This document shows, in pieces, positions 13,385 to 28,454 of a stretch of DNA of 64,000 bases (positions are counted from its first letter, which is position 1; each line of letters begins with the position of its first letter). This stretch comes from the human T2T-CHM13v2.0 reference genome, Homo sapiens. The stretch lies in assembly GCF_009914755.1 (NCBI RefSeq), contig NC_060934.1; one strand, 5' to 3'. A program made the position numbers and the translations under genes. Under the pieces are notes generated by a model. The model ran no database searches, had not been told where the DNA came from, and saw only the letters and a program-made list of their open reading frames with translations.

Positions 13385-16300
13385 TTAGATTCACTGTGTC
13401 CAGAGCCCTGTACACCAATGACAAAGATGACAATCTGGCATTCATTGTCTCAGCCTACACAAGGCCCTGAAGAACACTCAGGCCACCCTGGCAGAGCTGA
13501 CAACCCTGAGCTTATTGTGGGGTCCCCACAGAAGAGTTGGCCTACACTGAGCAGGGGAATCCTCCTGTGTATCTGCAGTAGGCTTCTGAGAAGTCCTGCA
13601 GCCTGGGATGGGCAGGAATGGCCACAGGGCGGTGGGCTGCAGTGGGTGGCAAAGGCAGTGGACTTGACCTGGCTTTGGAGCAAAGGACATCCACAGGCTA
13701 CTGTGGGCCCACGGGGGACAGTGCGCCCCGGCCAGCTCACCGGGGCTCCTGGAGGCTTGACCAATCACTGGGGAGAGAAGAAAGAACTCAGAGCCAGGAG
13801 GAGGCAGCGTCTAGGCTGACAGCTTCCTCTCTCTTATAAGACTTAATGGATGGGTCTACAGCGCGTGGAGGCACAGGGATTTCTGCGGGGGGCCGCATCT
13901 TTTATTAATTACAGAGATGTGGAGTTGTGGGGTCCCCTTTCAAGGACAGCCCAAATCTAGAGAAATGCCTCCCCAGAATGTAACAATTTCAAGGACAATT
14001 AAATCCAGAAAGTAAACCACCACCCAGGTCGCTTGCACCCTCTGGCATTCTGAGAGCCTGCATCCAGCTGAAGCCATCTGCAACTTCTGTTAGGCACCGT
14101 CCAGCATGGTGGCCAACGCCCAGCCGTCCCTGCTACCTGTCCCACCAGGACAGGGGTGCCCCAGTGTGGTCCCTGTCCCCACTGGGCAGCAATGGTTAGA
14201 TTCGTTTGTCAAATGGGAAGTTGCAATGAATTAGTCAGTGACCTGCCTGAGTGACCCAGCGAGCAGGCCCAGGAAATTGTTGCTATGATGACCCCCCCCC
14301 ACCCATTGCCTGTGCTGTTGATTCATGCAAGGTCCCAGGAAAAACTGTCTTTCCATTTTGTGGGTAAGGAGATGGAGGCCTTGGATCTTAGTCGTGTGAT
14401 CAGAGACGAAGGTGGGACACATGGAGGCCTGGTTGAATTCCCGTAACTGCATCTGCCGGGCCCCCATCTCGCAGGAGCTGTACAGCACAGCTGGATGAGA
14501 GGAATCCCCCACAGAGAGCAGGCCTGCCTTGCTGGCGGGATTCCAGAAGACTCCATTGGAAGGGTGCATGCGCCATGGGCATTTCTGGCTATGGGGTGGT
14601 GGCCCCTCCCCACACTCCATGTGGGCTCCTGCCTTGAGAAACACATTGAACTCCAAACTCCTTGCTGCCCTTCCCGCCCTGGAAGCTCCAGGTCCTTGGA
14701 AACCACACCCCCTCTGGCCCCTCAGTTTCCTTCACTGTTACCAGGACAAAATAGGGTTTTAAGCGTTCAGGGCCCAGCCAGCTGCCAGCTCCCAGTCCCC
14801 AGCCCCCAGCCAACCTTCTGCCAGGCTGCAGGTCTGTGCTAGAGGAGAGCTGTGCAGCCAACCCTGGGGCGCCTTCAGAGGCCTGTGTCTGGGAGCTCCT
14901 TGGGGATGAGCCATCCGGCTTGGGACATGCCTGGAGAAAAGACTCCCAGCCCTGGCATGGTCCAGGCCTGGAGGCTGCATCTCACTTTCCTCTAGGCTTT
15001 TGGCCCAGGGACTGACCCCTTCTGTGATACGTGTTGGTTTTTCTGCTCAGTGTATGCCAGCTCTTCTGTAGGGACCTTCCAGTGATGGGGTGTCAGCTGC
15101 GCAGGGGGCAGGGCCTGAGTGTTCTGCAGGGCCTTGTATAAGCTGAGACAAGTCAGGTAGAGGCGATGGCATCTCAGCCCCAAAGAACAGCAGGGAAGGG
15201 GCAGGGGATGCCCGGGGCCCATCTCCACCCTGTGTATTGGAGTGAGGCCTGTGGGTGTCCTCTGGCCACCTAAGGGTGGGGTAAGCTGCTGGTTTCTGCA
15301 CTCCGGTATCTTTTGATGAAGAGCCCCCACCGGAGTTCTGTTGATTCAGTGGGGGAGTCCCAGAGAAAACACCCAGCCACAAATGATCCAAGCAGACTTG
15401 GGGAGACAGGGTGCTGAGGACAGTCACCAGTGGTCTTCCAGCCACCCCCTTCCTCCTGCACTCTGAGCATGGCTCGCACGGCATTCAAGGCTGGAAAGTT
15501 CTTCCAATGCTGCCTGTCTTGTTAGGGCAGGTGAACACATGTCACCCTACAGGCTAGTTCCAGTTAGGGGAGGGGGTCGCCCATCATGTTAAGCGATGTT
15601 CGTAGCCACAGAGGAACATGGTACCCGCCCACACTCTGCAGTGAGGTGGCACACTGGAATTGGGCTGGATGGGTACCACAGGAGAGACATGGGCACAGAG
15701 GACAGCACCCATGCCCAGGGAGGGTGGACACGTGGCTGAGCTGTCTGGAGCGGGTGGACTCCACTCTGCTTTCACACTACAGATAGCAGGACAGTGGCTC
15801 CATAGTAGGCAAAGGGGCTGACTGGTGACAGCAGCAAGCCTGCACCTGCAGCAGGCTCAGGCTGGTCTTTTGGGAAGAACACCAGTGAGTGCCAGATGCC
15901 GCTGGCTGATGGGAGACCCCACATTGAACTCGGACTTCAGCGTCTTATGCAGGGGCTTGGGAGGTTACATGGTTCAGCAGTTACAATTGTTCATCTGAGA
16001 GGTTGCTGGACTTCTCGGCCACAGTTTGTTAAATTTGCAAATGCCCTTTGGGAACCGTCTAGAGGAAAGGTCTATAAACGTAATGTCCGGATTACAAGGG
16101 AAGTAAAGGCTGATATTCCGTCCTCTTCGTACCTGCTGACCTCAGACTCCACTGGCTCCAGTCACCATCTTATCTGGGGAGGGGATGAGTGAGATCTACC
16201 AGGGTCAGGTACCACTGCCGTGTGCAGGCTGCAGCCTTCAGGGGTAGAAGGTCGGGGAGCTGCAGGGATTTTACTACCGGGGTCCCCAGCACTGTAAAGT

Positions 16301-19300
16301 CCCCCATGTGCAGGAGGAAGCTCTGGAATGAGACAGAGGACTTACCCACTTCTGGAGCACTAAGAAAGAGTCCTGGAAGGGCCAAGTCACCTTCCAGAAA
16401 TCAAGGAATTAATCATCAAACAAGCTCCTCTCTGTGGGCTCAGGAGCACTTCCTCCCTGCCTGGAGGTTTTTCTAAGCTGGTATTTTCAACCAGAGTTGA
16501 AGAGGCACTTTAGCCAACTTTGCTATAGGAACTGAGATGGCTTCAGGAGCCCACTGGAGGTTCCCAGTCCCTCATGCATGGCCGCTGCATTCTCTACCTG
16601 TTCACACAGGGCCGGCCCAGGCCCTGCCCCACTCCCCAAGGTGGCTGTGAGGAGCTTCTGGCCCTGCTTCCCAGCTCCTCCCCAGGCCCACGCTGATGGG
16701 ATGGGAGTGCTGCCTTCCACATTTACAGGGAAGCCCGATGCAAATCATCTAAGAAGAAAAAATGTGACAACTGCACCCAATCAATTTCCTCTTGCAAAGC
16801 GGGGAAAATGCTCACGTTGTGTGAGTGAATGCCTTTCCAACTAAGCAGAAAATTTAGTGAGTTGCTGACTGTCCTTGACTCCACAGCACTTCTATAAAAT
16901 ATGCACATCAGCAGAGATGTTTTCCCTAACAATGCTCTGGGAAATTACATTACATTTCCAAATGATCCCCTGCTTCCCCGTGTTGCCCACAGAGACTGGC
17001 ACCAACAGCACCATTAAGTGGAGGTAAAGTCGCTGCCTGTTCCCGCTGCCTTTACGAGAGCCAGGGATCAAATATTTTTTCACAGTTTTATGTGGATAGT
17101 TTCATGAAAATTGATCAGGTCTAAAAAGTCACAGTCCAAATGAAGCTAAGGTGAAAGATAATTTATACATGATATTCCTAATTTTATTCTGAGCCCTTTT
17201 ATTACCATGCAGGCCTTTATGACTTTAAAGAAAATGTCAGTGGCGGCAAATGACATTGTACTGAATAATCTAGTTATGAGGGAAAAGACATTTAAAACTA
17301 TTCCGCAGCAGCATTGCTGAGTTCTGCTGAACGTACACTTCTCCCCGGCACAGCTGTCCAAAATTCCTACGTTCTTAACTCCCTTTTCACGACTGTTACA
17401 TGAAATGTAGGATTTGCCGGTTCCTGTTTATCCTCTCCCCGACCCGTTTTGTTTCCCTCAGATTCTTCCTGTAGATGTAAATATCTTTTAAGGCCCCATT
17501 TTTCCACCTATCAGCAAGAAAGGGAAGCTTGAAGCTATTAGCAAATCAGATTCCAAAGGCACCTGAGTCCCGCAGCACAGGAGACGGACAGATGGACACA
17601 GCCATGGTGCAGGCCCGGTGTCACAGCAGTCAACTGCAGGCCTTTCGCGGGCCAGGGGGTGCCTCGCTCTGCGTCCGGGCTGCTCCTGTGACCTGGAGGT
17701 GGGGGGCACTGCCTGCAAGTCTCACTAAAGCCCTTGACTCTTCCAAACTACAGAGGCTTCCAGACAGAGGCTGCCAGGCTGGCTGTGCCCTGCAGGGCCT
17801 CTCGCTCCTCCAGCACCTGTGGTTTCCCATCTGTTGGACAAGAGAGCCTCGCCTTTTGCTAAACTGCAATTGCAAGGAAGAATAAGTAAAGAGGAGCTTC
17901 CCGAGAAAGGCTGGGATTGATGACACCTCCTAGTGCCCTGGTCTCTGCCTCAGCCCCGACCCCTTGATGCTGGGTGTCATGCCCGGCAGCCCCATGGAGG
18001 CCACCAACCACACAACAGAAACAGCAGGCACCTGGGATCCTCGGCTGCCTTCCCAGAGGGTGGCTCTGGATGCCCAGGTTGAGCCAGGCAGACTGAGCAG
18101 GGTGTGCTCATTGAGTCTGGCTCTTTCTGGGCACCTAGGAAGCCCTCAGCATCTTCTCCCTCACCTGCCACTTCTCCCTCCAGCCCTCAGTGCTACGTGT
18201 GGCTATGTCAGAACATGATGACCTTGAATCGAGTCACATGAACTGACACTGGCTCTTCTGTCAAATTGTCTAGCAACCTTCCCAAAGACAAAAGCAAGAG
18301 CAACTCATGTGCATATACTGTGGGCTCTGCCCCAGGTCCAATTTCACCCCGATAACCCCGTGATGTGGAGGGGGTCTTGCTTTATCTCCATTTCACAGGT
18401 GGGAAAAGGAAGGCTTAGAGAGGTGGGGTGGGCTGTGTGACTCCGGGCCATGCTCCCACCCAGCTCTGTGCCCCTCCAGCCTCTGTATCTGAAAATTGAG
18501 GCTGTTGACAACCCTCTCAGGACCACTGCAAAGAACAAGCACACACCGTTCAGGACAGGGGTTCCAAGCGTCAGCAGCCCAGGTCGATCTTCTCCCACAG
18601 CAGCAAGGATGCTTGGCCACCTACTGCCGTCATCAGGGCCTTGGGTGACATTACTTATCAGAAGTGTATTTAGCCCCTGCCTGGGGATGGGCTGGAGAGC
18701 TTTTAATCTCCTTATCCAGAGTTACAGCAAGTTCTGTGTCAGCGTCCCCTTCCCCAGAGCCCCCAGGCCCCATCTTCACAGCACAGGTCAGCAAACAGGT
18801 GCATGGACCATATGCTCAGAAAAGCTGCAGCGAATATGTGTACATGCGTGTGCACACACATGTACAAACACACGAGGACTGCTCTAGAAGCTTCTATCAG
18901 AAAATATACAGCTTAATTTCAGCACACATATATATTTTTAAACAATTCACTTGTGTTTATGCATAGTGGAGGGCCCCAGGACTAGGGTGGTGCTGCGGAT
19001 TCTACAGGTCCAAATCGAGCTTCAGTCTCCTTGCTGTCCAGAGGTCTTCCCCTTTGTCCACCTTGCTGGGGGCTCCTGGGCTGGCAGTGAGAAGAGCCCC
19101 ACTCTCCAGAACAAACTGGCCTCGCTGAGCAAAAGGGAGGCCAGAGACTTGGGAGGCTGCATTCCTAACACCTCCAGGGCAGCCCTACAGGTACAGGTGT
19201 TCATTTGGAAATCCACTTCCATGAAATGTCAGTGGGTCCTTCACTGAGTGCAAGGCCAGAGTCTGCTGATCTGCACACACAGCATCTGAGTGGGAAATCA

Positions 19301-19817
19301 TGGGTTTTCTTAGGAAAACCACATACTGGATGTTAATTTCCTTCCTTGACAAAGCAGAAGATCAATTAGAGGCAGAATGTGATTCTACCACAGCTACTTT
19401 CCAGAATGTATTCTCCAAGCTTCCTCCCTCCAGTCCCCATCTGGCTCTGTCAAAATGGGTTTTACTTCATCAGAAATATGCTGTGAAGTTCCCCATTAGA
19501 TCATCGATCGCTGAATCCTCGACAACATCCATGCACACTTCATGCTCACAAAGACTCTGAATTTAGTACCAAATAGCAAGGAAAGGAAATTAACCAGTGC
19601 TTCAAAACCTGGCAGGAAATTTGAATTTAAATCCCTTTCTGGGGTGGGCCCCTTACAGCAGCTTCTCAAAACTGCACAGCCCCAGCTGGACAGGCCCCAT
19701 GCAGGCTCCAGCCTGGCTGCACTGGGGCTGTGGGTAAGGGGCTCCCCAGATTCATGCCTATCCCTTCTTCCTGCCTGTGCCCACAGAGCCCCTGGCTGAG
19801 TCGTGGACTCAAGCACT

Positions 19818-20223
19818 TGATATGGTTTAAATATTTGTCCTCTCCAAATCTCATGTTGAAAGTGATCCCCAGTGTTGGAGGTGGGGCCTAAGGGGAGGTG
19901 TTTGGGTCATGGGGGTGGATCCCTCATGAAGGGTTTGGTGCCCCCTCCTTGGGAATGAGTTAGTTCTTGCTCTATTAGTTCATGTGAGAGCCAGTTGTTG
20001 AAAAGAGCTTGGCATCTCTCTTGCTCCTCTCTTGCCACGTGACACCTGCTCCCACTTTGCCTTCTCCCATGAGTGGAAACTTCCTGAGGCTTCTCCAGAG
20101 GCAGATGCTGGTGCCATGCTTCCTGTATAGCCTGCAGAACCAGGAGTCTAAATAAACCTCTTTTCTCCATAAATTGCCCAGACTCAGGTATTCCTTTGTA
20201 GCAACACAAAACAGACTAACAGT
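19818..20223 (+). mobile_element. MST (MSTB-like, ERVL-MaLR) solo LTR
   Basis: Starts tgatatggtttaaatatttgtcctctccaaatctcatgttgaa; ends aataaacctcttttc...caggtattcctttgtagcaacacaaaacagactaaca. TSD gcact at 19813-19817 and 20224-20228. Confidence 0.92.
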
Positions 20224-20629
20224 GCACTCCAGACCCTTCTGTGAAACTGAGGAGTAATGAGAGGACTCCTCCTTCTGCTCCTTCCCCCACTGAGCAGAAG
20301 GGCTCCCAAATCATCCTGGGAAGTGGGGGGCCATCTAGGAATCCCAGGGACAGAGATTGGCAGTGTCCCCTCTGCAAATAAGAAGTGAAGACAATGTGCT
20401 CAGCCCACAGGGAGACAGTGGTTTCTCAGAGTCACTGTGCATGGGCCAATCCTGATGAGAGGGCAGGCACCAGGGCTGGGCTTTCTAGCCAGGGTTGAGG
20501 CTCTGTGCCCTCTGCCAGAGGTGTCAGCCAGCCCTAGGGCTGTGGGGTCCATGACTCATTCATGGGAAGAATGTCCTCTCACATTGGCTTCCTCTAATCC
20601 ATGAGCATTTGAGCTACAGGAAGGCAATA

Positions 20630-20835
20630 AACATGTGCTGAGCAGCAAGTAATAGCCAAGAACTTCACATAATTTCACTTAAACCAATCGTAGTTTTGCA
20701 AGAATTGGTTTCTTCCCATTTAACACATGAGAACACTGAGAATTGCAGAAGAAAAATTTTAGCAAAAAATCAAAGCTACCAAATGGCTGCAGTCAGGATT
20801 GAAGCTCTGGGCTATGTAGCTACAAAGACCCTACC
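20630..20835 (-). mobile_element. MIR SINE remnant
   Basis: cccatttaacacatgagaacactgag...gtcaggattgaagctc, an antisense MIR core. Confidence 0.55.
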
Positions 20836-21833
20836 CTTCCTGGCTTGTTGTCACAGATAATGGTCGACAAACAATAGAGATGTAGTTAAGATCTCACCCA
20901 TTCCTCACCACAGCACCCAGCAGAGAGCCCTACAATGTTTACATTAAGAAACCAACACCACCCCCGCAAGGTCTAGATCAAGACACCCAATCCATAGAGG
21001 ACTGGATGACTATTGATGACCACTGATTTACTGATCGAGTTGTCAAAGATGATTGGGAAGCTGCTGTGTTGGGCAGGACTTTGTGGTAGCATCCTGCAGG
21101 CAGCCTCACATGAGGATGCACCCTGTGGCTGAAGTGGGGAGAGAGGCAATGCTTTCCAGAGGTCTTTTCCTAAAGGAAGACAGTGAACATTCTCTTCTGC
21201 ATGAGGGAGATCTGGAATTATTTTATTTGGCTCTGCAGAGAGGTACAGGGTGTATGCAAGTGACTCTTCATGTCAGCAAAGAATGCTTTAATCAGCATCT
21301 GTTCATTTTACCCAAAGCATAGGAAAGATGTTTGGGCATTCTTCATTCCATGGTCCAGAAGAAAGCTCTAAATCCAAAAATTGTTAAGCTCTGAGATGGT
21401 TCAAAACTTCCTGAGGGAAACTGAATGTGTTGGGAGTGCAGCCACAACACTAGGCAGGCCCTGCCCTGCCAGCCATCAGCCATGACCTGAGCTGGGCTGA
21501 TCAGTGGCAGTTGAAGTGTCCACGTGCACAGAATCATTGCCGGTGTTCTCACATGAAAACCAACGCACACAAGAGTCGACATTGTCCTCAAGCCATTTTT
21601 CATAGAATTGTGTAGAATAACAATGCCAAGAGGGCCCTTAGCAACTCAGAAGGGCACTGAACCCAGAGAGAAGCATGATCAGTGATCAGCAAGGGACCCT
21701 CCACCATAACCCAGGCCTGCAACATCCTGGCCAGATTACTCTGACCACCAGCCTGGGTGTGTGGCAGCTATGAATTAAGGCCTTGGCAGCCAGCTGCAAT
21801 GCTAAGATCATTGCATATATGCCTAAATTTTAG

Positions 21834-22160
<327 letters not shown>

Positions 22161-23211
22161 ATTGTTCTTTGTTTTGAATAAATTTAGCCTCTAAGAAGCC
22201 AAGTTTCTTGTTCAAGGTCACAATGGTGAGCAAGTGGTGAGGCTGCCTGGCATCAAAGCCTGCATCTTTAGCTCTGGACCATGGTGCAATCAATGGCCAC
22301 CCTGACCACAGCCCGTCTAGCAGAGCTGGCCTTTCTAGAAAGGAAGCTCCATTCCTTCTGCTTCAAGCTCCTCTTCTGAATGAGAGCACAGTGAATAGAC
22401 CACCAGCTTGTTTTTATGCAGGATGCATTCCTTTGTGTATTTTAACACATTGAATCTATATATATGATAGAGAATTTCCAAATAGTTTATGTATGCAAGT
22501 ATATGACAGAAGAGGAAGGATGTCAATTGGCATCAATAAATGAAATGCACTGGAAAGATCTGCCTGGTGAAATAGAGTCTGTTTTTTCCACAGCGGAATT
22601 TGTTTGATCTTGTATTCTGTTCTGCATGGCCATTGTGAAAACTTCTGGGCACATGCAGAAGAATTAATTCATAACATTTATTAGCACAAAACCCAAGGTC
22701 GGATTGCCTTGGCTAACTCTTCCAGCTGCAGTGTTCCCATGACCTAGCCCCCACCCCATGACTCGGTTGCAAGCCCAGGCCAGGCATGCCCCACACTCCA
22801 GAGCACATATACAGTTCCAAAATAAAGCCATTCCAGAAGAGAGCCCACAGTGTCCCAGCCATGGGGATCTTTGGGTTAACTAGGGAAAGTTGTAGATGTT
22901 AGCCCTCCTGTTGCATCATTCTAGCAAAGTTATGGAAAAGTGCTCTGAGATAACCCTCAGTTTTGCACTGCACAAGGTACTAATTCATTCAGCAACTGTG
23001 TTCTCTTGGAACTAGAGTGACTGCCAAGTGAAGGGTTCCATTATGGAATGAGTGTGGGAAGACAAGCTGAACAGAGTACAAGAGGTTTCTTTCCTGCCTC
23101 ACTTTTCAATACTTTGATATGATAATGTATCTATCTCCAAGAGGGAAGTATAACAAACTATCTTCCCAAGTTTGTATGACAACTGGACCCTTTTTCTCCA
23201 TAGGGGCTATG

Positions 23212-23594
23212 TGTTTTAGTCCGTTTTATGTTGCTATAACAGAATACCACAGACTGGGTAATTTACGATTAACAGGAATTGATTTGGCTCACAGTTCTGG
23301 AGGCAGGGAAGTTCAAGAGCATGGTGCTGGCATCTGGTATGGGTCCTCATGCTGCATCTTCCCACAGCAGAAGGTGGGGCAGCAAGAGGGTGCATGTGAG
23401 AGAGCAAGAAGCAAGAGGTGGACAAACTTGCTTTTATAACAAGCCCACTCTCCTGATAACTAACCCCCTCCCTCAGTAACACTAATGCATTCATGAGAGC
23501 AGAGCCCTCATGTCCTAATTACCTCTCAATACTGTTGCATTGGCAATTGAGTTCCCAACACACAAACTTTGGGAAACACACTTAAACCATAGCA
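23212..23594 (-). mobile_element. MaLR solo LTR (MSTC/MSTD-like)
   Basis: tgttttagtccgttttatgttgctataacagaataccacagactggg...ggctcacagttctggaggc...aaaccatagca. TSD ctatg (23207-23211) / ccatg (23595-23599). Confidence 0.88.
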
Positions 23595-23864
23595 CCATGT
23601 GAACAGGCTTGCAGAAGAGATTTAACCCACTTATGACATAAAGCTGCCCCAAAGTAGTCTCCAAGGGGAAAAGTGAAGGACAAACACATCATATCTAAGC
23701 ATTAAGTGATAACCAACCTGGAAATACCTATTAAACATTAGCTAGTTATAGTTTATAATTAAATGTAACAAGATGTTTATTTCTTTAAAAATTTTAAAAT
23801 TTGTAAAACAAGGATATGCACTGTTATCCTTCATGAAATATGGGGATAGTTGGTGCTATAAATC

Positions 23865-24165
23865 ACATTAGTGGGACAATTGGGGAAAGCTGAATATCAA
23901 CGGGATCTTAGATACTATTATACCAATGTTAAATTTCTTGAGTTAGATAACGGTATTATGCTTATGAAGGTAAGTGTCCTTCCTGTCAGGAGATGTAAGG
24001 TCAAGTCTTTAGTGGTGAAGTGACATATTTGCCACTTACTTTAAATGGTTCAGAAAGCACACATACAGAGCCACATGGCAAAATAGAAGACAGAGAAAAG
24101 GCTGTACACTGTTCTATTCTTTAATGCTCCCTGTGGGTTTGAAATTTTTCAAAATAAAAAGTTGG
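23865..24165 (+). mobile_element. Old L1 3' UTR fragment (L1MC/L1ME-like)
   Basis: attataccaatgttaaatttcttgag...acttactttaaatggttcag...gtttgaaatttttcaaaataaaaagttgg is typical of L1M 3' ends. Confidence 0.7.
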
Positions 24166-24306
24166 AGTAAGTTATACAATTGAGAATTAGAAGAAAACTT
24201 TGGAGTGACCAATTAGTTCAAAGTGGAAGCTGTACTGTGTCAAGTGGTCACATTTAGGAATCAAGGTTCTCTCTCCTCATCAGGTGTCTTCAAAATGGGC
24301 TAGTCA

Positions 24307-24614
24307 GGCTGGGCGCAGTGGCTCACGCCTGTAATGCCAGCATTTTGGGAGGCTGAGGTGGGAGGATCACCTGAGGTTTGGAGTTCAAGACCAGCCTAGA
24401 CAACATGGCAAAACCCTGTCGCTACTAAAATTACAAAAGTTACCTGGGCATGGTGGCACATGCCTGTAATCTCAGCTACTTGGGAAAGCTGAGGCAGGAG
24501 GATCGCTTGAACCCAGGGGGTGGAAGTTGCAGTGAGCCAAAGTTGCGCCACTGCACTCCAGTCTGAGTGACAAGAGAGAAACTCCGTCTCAAAAAACCAA
24601 AAACAACAAAACAA
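24307..24614 (+). mobile_element. Alu (AluS, Sx/Sq-like)
   Basis: Full dimer. 15-bp TSD aaaatgggctagtca (24292-24306) / aaaatgagctactca (24615-24629). Confidence 0.95.
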
Positions 24615-24904
24615 AAAATGAGCTACTCAGTAGATGGCCATGTGTCCTTTTCCCAGTTAGCACCTGAAATGTGCTGGGATGGCCACTTTCCATCCTGACT
24701 GACCTTAATCACATTTGACATTATTCTAGGACAGCAGAACAAGATTTCCAGCAGCTCAGGTGACCTTCCTGAAGACACCAGCAGGTGTACAGTGGCCTAG
24801 CAGAGCCCTAGGAAGCTCCAGACTCTCAGGGTAACATTACCAAGGTCACAAACACAGAACAGAACTTTACAACATGTGCTTATAACCTTTCCAACTCTAA
24901 ATTT

Positions 24905-25075
24905 TGTTTTTAGATTTTAGATTCTCTTACCACACACGCACACCAAAGGTAGCTGTGTGAGAACATGGCTATGTTAATCTGTTTGATTGAAGCACTCATT
25001 TCACTATGATATATCAAGACATGATGTTGTATACCTTGAGGATCTGCAATAAAAAATAAAAATTAAAAATAAAAC
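24905..25075 (+). mobile_element. L1MA-type 3' end fragment
   Basis: atggctatgttaatctgtttgattg...atatatcaagacatgatgttgtatacctt followed by an A-rich tail. Confidence 0.7.
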
Positions 25076-25334
25076 AGGATGCCAACTGATTTCACCTGTC
25101 TTGCTGATTGTGATTACAATGATAATGACTGTCTACAAAGTAAGACTGAAAAACTCAAGAATGAAGAGCAAATTAGAAATTAGCAATGTCTGCAGTGGAC
25201 AGGGAAAAGGCAGAGTGGGGACATCTCATGTATTTGTGGACCTATTTCTTCAGAAATTTGGCAATGAGGAAGAAAGTCACCCTATTAATTCGCCTAGATA
25301 TAACCATATGCTCTTCACAAACTTACTTTAAAAA

Positions 25335-26092
<758 letters not shown>

Positions 26093-27106
26093 TCAAGGTA
26101 TATGTAAAAAATAAAATAAGTGTAAAAAAATAAAAAATAAAATATCCTCACGACATATTCAACATGGGGCTAAATTAAAAAAAAAAAAAACAATAAACTA
26201 ACATACATACAGGAAGAATAAACAAGTCAGACACTGAGACATTGTTTTCTTGATCTTGGGGAAATACCGAGGCTGGAGGGCCAGGTTAAAATAACCAATG
26301 CAATTTGATAAGTGGTTTCCTTCATGATTCCAACTTCACCCGCTGCTTCCTACCGGGCTTGAACTCCCAGATGAGCTCATACAAAGAGTGACAGGAGTGT
26401 GCACCCCACGAGTGGAGACCGGAGATCGTAGCTGAGTGTCAGCCACCCTGGATTCCCACATGCCGCCGAGCAAACCTGGGCAGCCCAGCGCTCCTCCAGC
26501 GGGCAGCACAGCAGACGCCCGTGCCCTCAGAGTCTGTAGCGTGAGAGCTGGGACTGGGTCTAATTTGCCTGTAGATCCCTCCGGTTCCACGCTTGGAACC
26601 TAGCAGCCTAGTCACAAAGAAAGCCTTCGATCCCTGTCTGCGGGTTCCCGGTGACCCTAGAAGAATATTCTCCTCTCTGCAGCTGCACAGTCTGGGCCTA
26701 TCTCCTCTTCCATTTTCTCCTCCTGCCTCTTTTTCCTCACTTTAGCTTTTATTCCCTGAGCTTTTCCCTCATCTAATTTTGCAATTGTCACCTTTGCAAC
26801 ACTTTTCCATGTATATGAGAACCAAAACAGCTTTTAACTTCTCAAGCATCCTGCAATAGCCCAAACCCTTAGTAACAACAACAAAAATCCCGCCAAACAT
26901 TGACACTGGGCAGTGCAGCCCCTTGGGGGTCCCGAAGGGGTCGGAGAAAAGAGCAGTGCCTTCTGTTTAGAGACAGGGGAGGAAAGAGGTGTGGCGTTTC
27001 TTTCAATATCCCAAGTCTGATTTCTTGTTTAGTTGGATTAGCCTGGATCAGCAAACATGAATGACACCTAGCCGTCTGCACGTTGCTCAGTCATTCCTGG
27101 TCTTAC

Positions 27107-27170
27107 CCGAGAAAAACTATACAATACTTGTGTTTAGGGGACTTAAATATTTTCCCGTCATGTGGTCCAG
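27107..27170 (-). other. Candidate non-coding exon (64 nt)
   Basis: Minus-strand acceptor gtcactttctttttcAG (27172-27171) and donor CGG|GTAAGA. Motif evidence only. Confidence 0.28.
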
Positions 27171-28454
27171 CTGAAAAAGAAAGTGACTCTTCTGCTCTTC
27201 CAGCTGCTTTACATTCTGGTAACAGAATAAATGCAAACAAAACCACAATGCATAGGATTTGATTATAAAAATACGAAAGGAGACCCAATAGTTCTTGAGT
27301 GCACAAGCCCTCACGAATTCCATGGAAGAAACTTTAGTTTGAACATCTGCATATTCAAATTCTCTTAATTTTCTTAAACTTCTCCTTTAAGAGGGAATGA
27401 CTCTACTCTCTCCATGTTCCTTAGACATTTCCCCCAATAATTTCATCCAATAGTTTCTTTTATGCTTATCCTTGAGACTTCATCTGGAAAGACTGATTGA
27501 CTAATGAGTGAAGCAGCTTATGGTAAAACATCTCTATTAAATTCTCTTGGTTTTTTTAAGATAAAAAAAAGAAGAAACTTTTTCTTTCTCTAAATGCAAA
27601 TCTTCCTGGTAACACTGTGCCTAATCTACTACAACTAATTAATCTGCTGGAGCTGATGAAATGTTACCTCTGCATTTTTTGTTCCTTGTATACAATTATT
27701 GTAACAGTGGTGAATAAATCAATATTCCCAATCCAACTGTAAAAAACAATCAAGAAAAGCAGTGCTTCTCAGGGAAAAAAACACCAAATAATATTTATTA
27801 ACTCTGTCTCAATTCACAACAGAACCAAATACCATTCAGGCATTTTCTGCAAGTGTAATAAGCAAACTCAGATACATGATGAAGGTGGCACATGCCAATA
27901 ATTTCACCATTTTACACTGCAGAGTAATTGAAGGATTTAATGAGAAACAAACCAATAAAAATAAATAGACCATGTTAGAGGAGGAGAAACTGATCTGAAA
28001 TGGAAGTTGCTCCATTGTGAGTTTAGGGTTTTTTGCATGGTTTGTCCAAGGGAAAAAACAGGACAACCAGCTCTTATCCACTTTCTCAAAGAAGAAAATC
28101 ACACACAAGATTTTGTTTCTGCAGATAAAAACCCTGGCCATGGGAACTACTCGCTGTTAATCGGGAACGTGGCCCCTCCAACTGCAGTCATGCTCCTCTC
28201 CTGAGATGCCTGACTAGGACAGGGCCACCCTGTGCTCTCAGCTAGGGAGCTGCTGATCCCACCAGTGGATTCCAGACCAAGGCGAGCCTGACCTGGAGCT
28301 GCTGATCCCACTTCAACACTTGTTAGGAAGCACAGTCCAGTTGGCAGCCCCCAGTCAGCTCTTGGCTGCAGGGGAATCAAGAGACTGCAGAGACAAAGAA
28401 CCTGGAACATGGAACCCCCCCCCCCCCCACAAAGAATAAGTCGGTGCCCCATAA

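Noticed and set aside
26330-26660. CpG island / CTCF site
   Set aside because: Only a short, mildly CpG-enriched patch, and the best CTCF-like match deviates at core positions.
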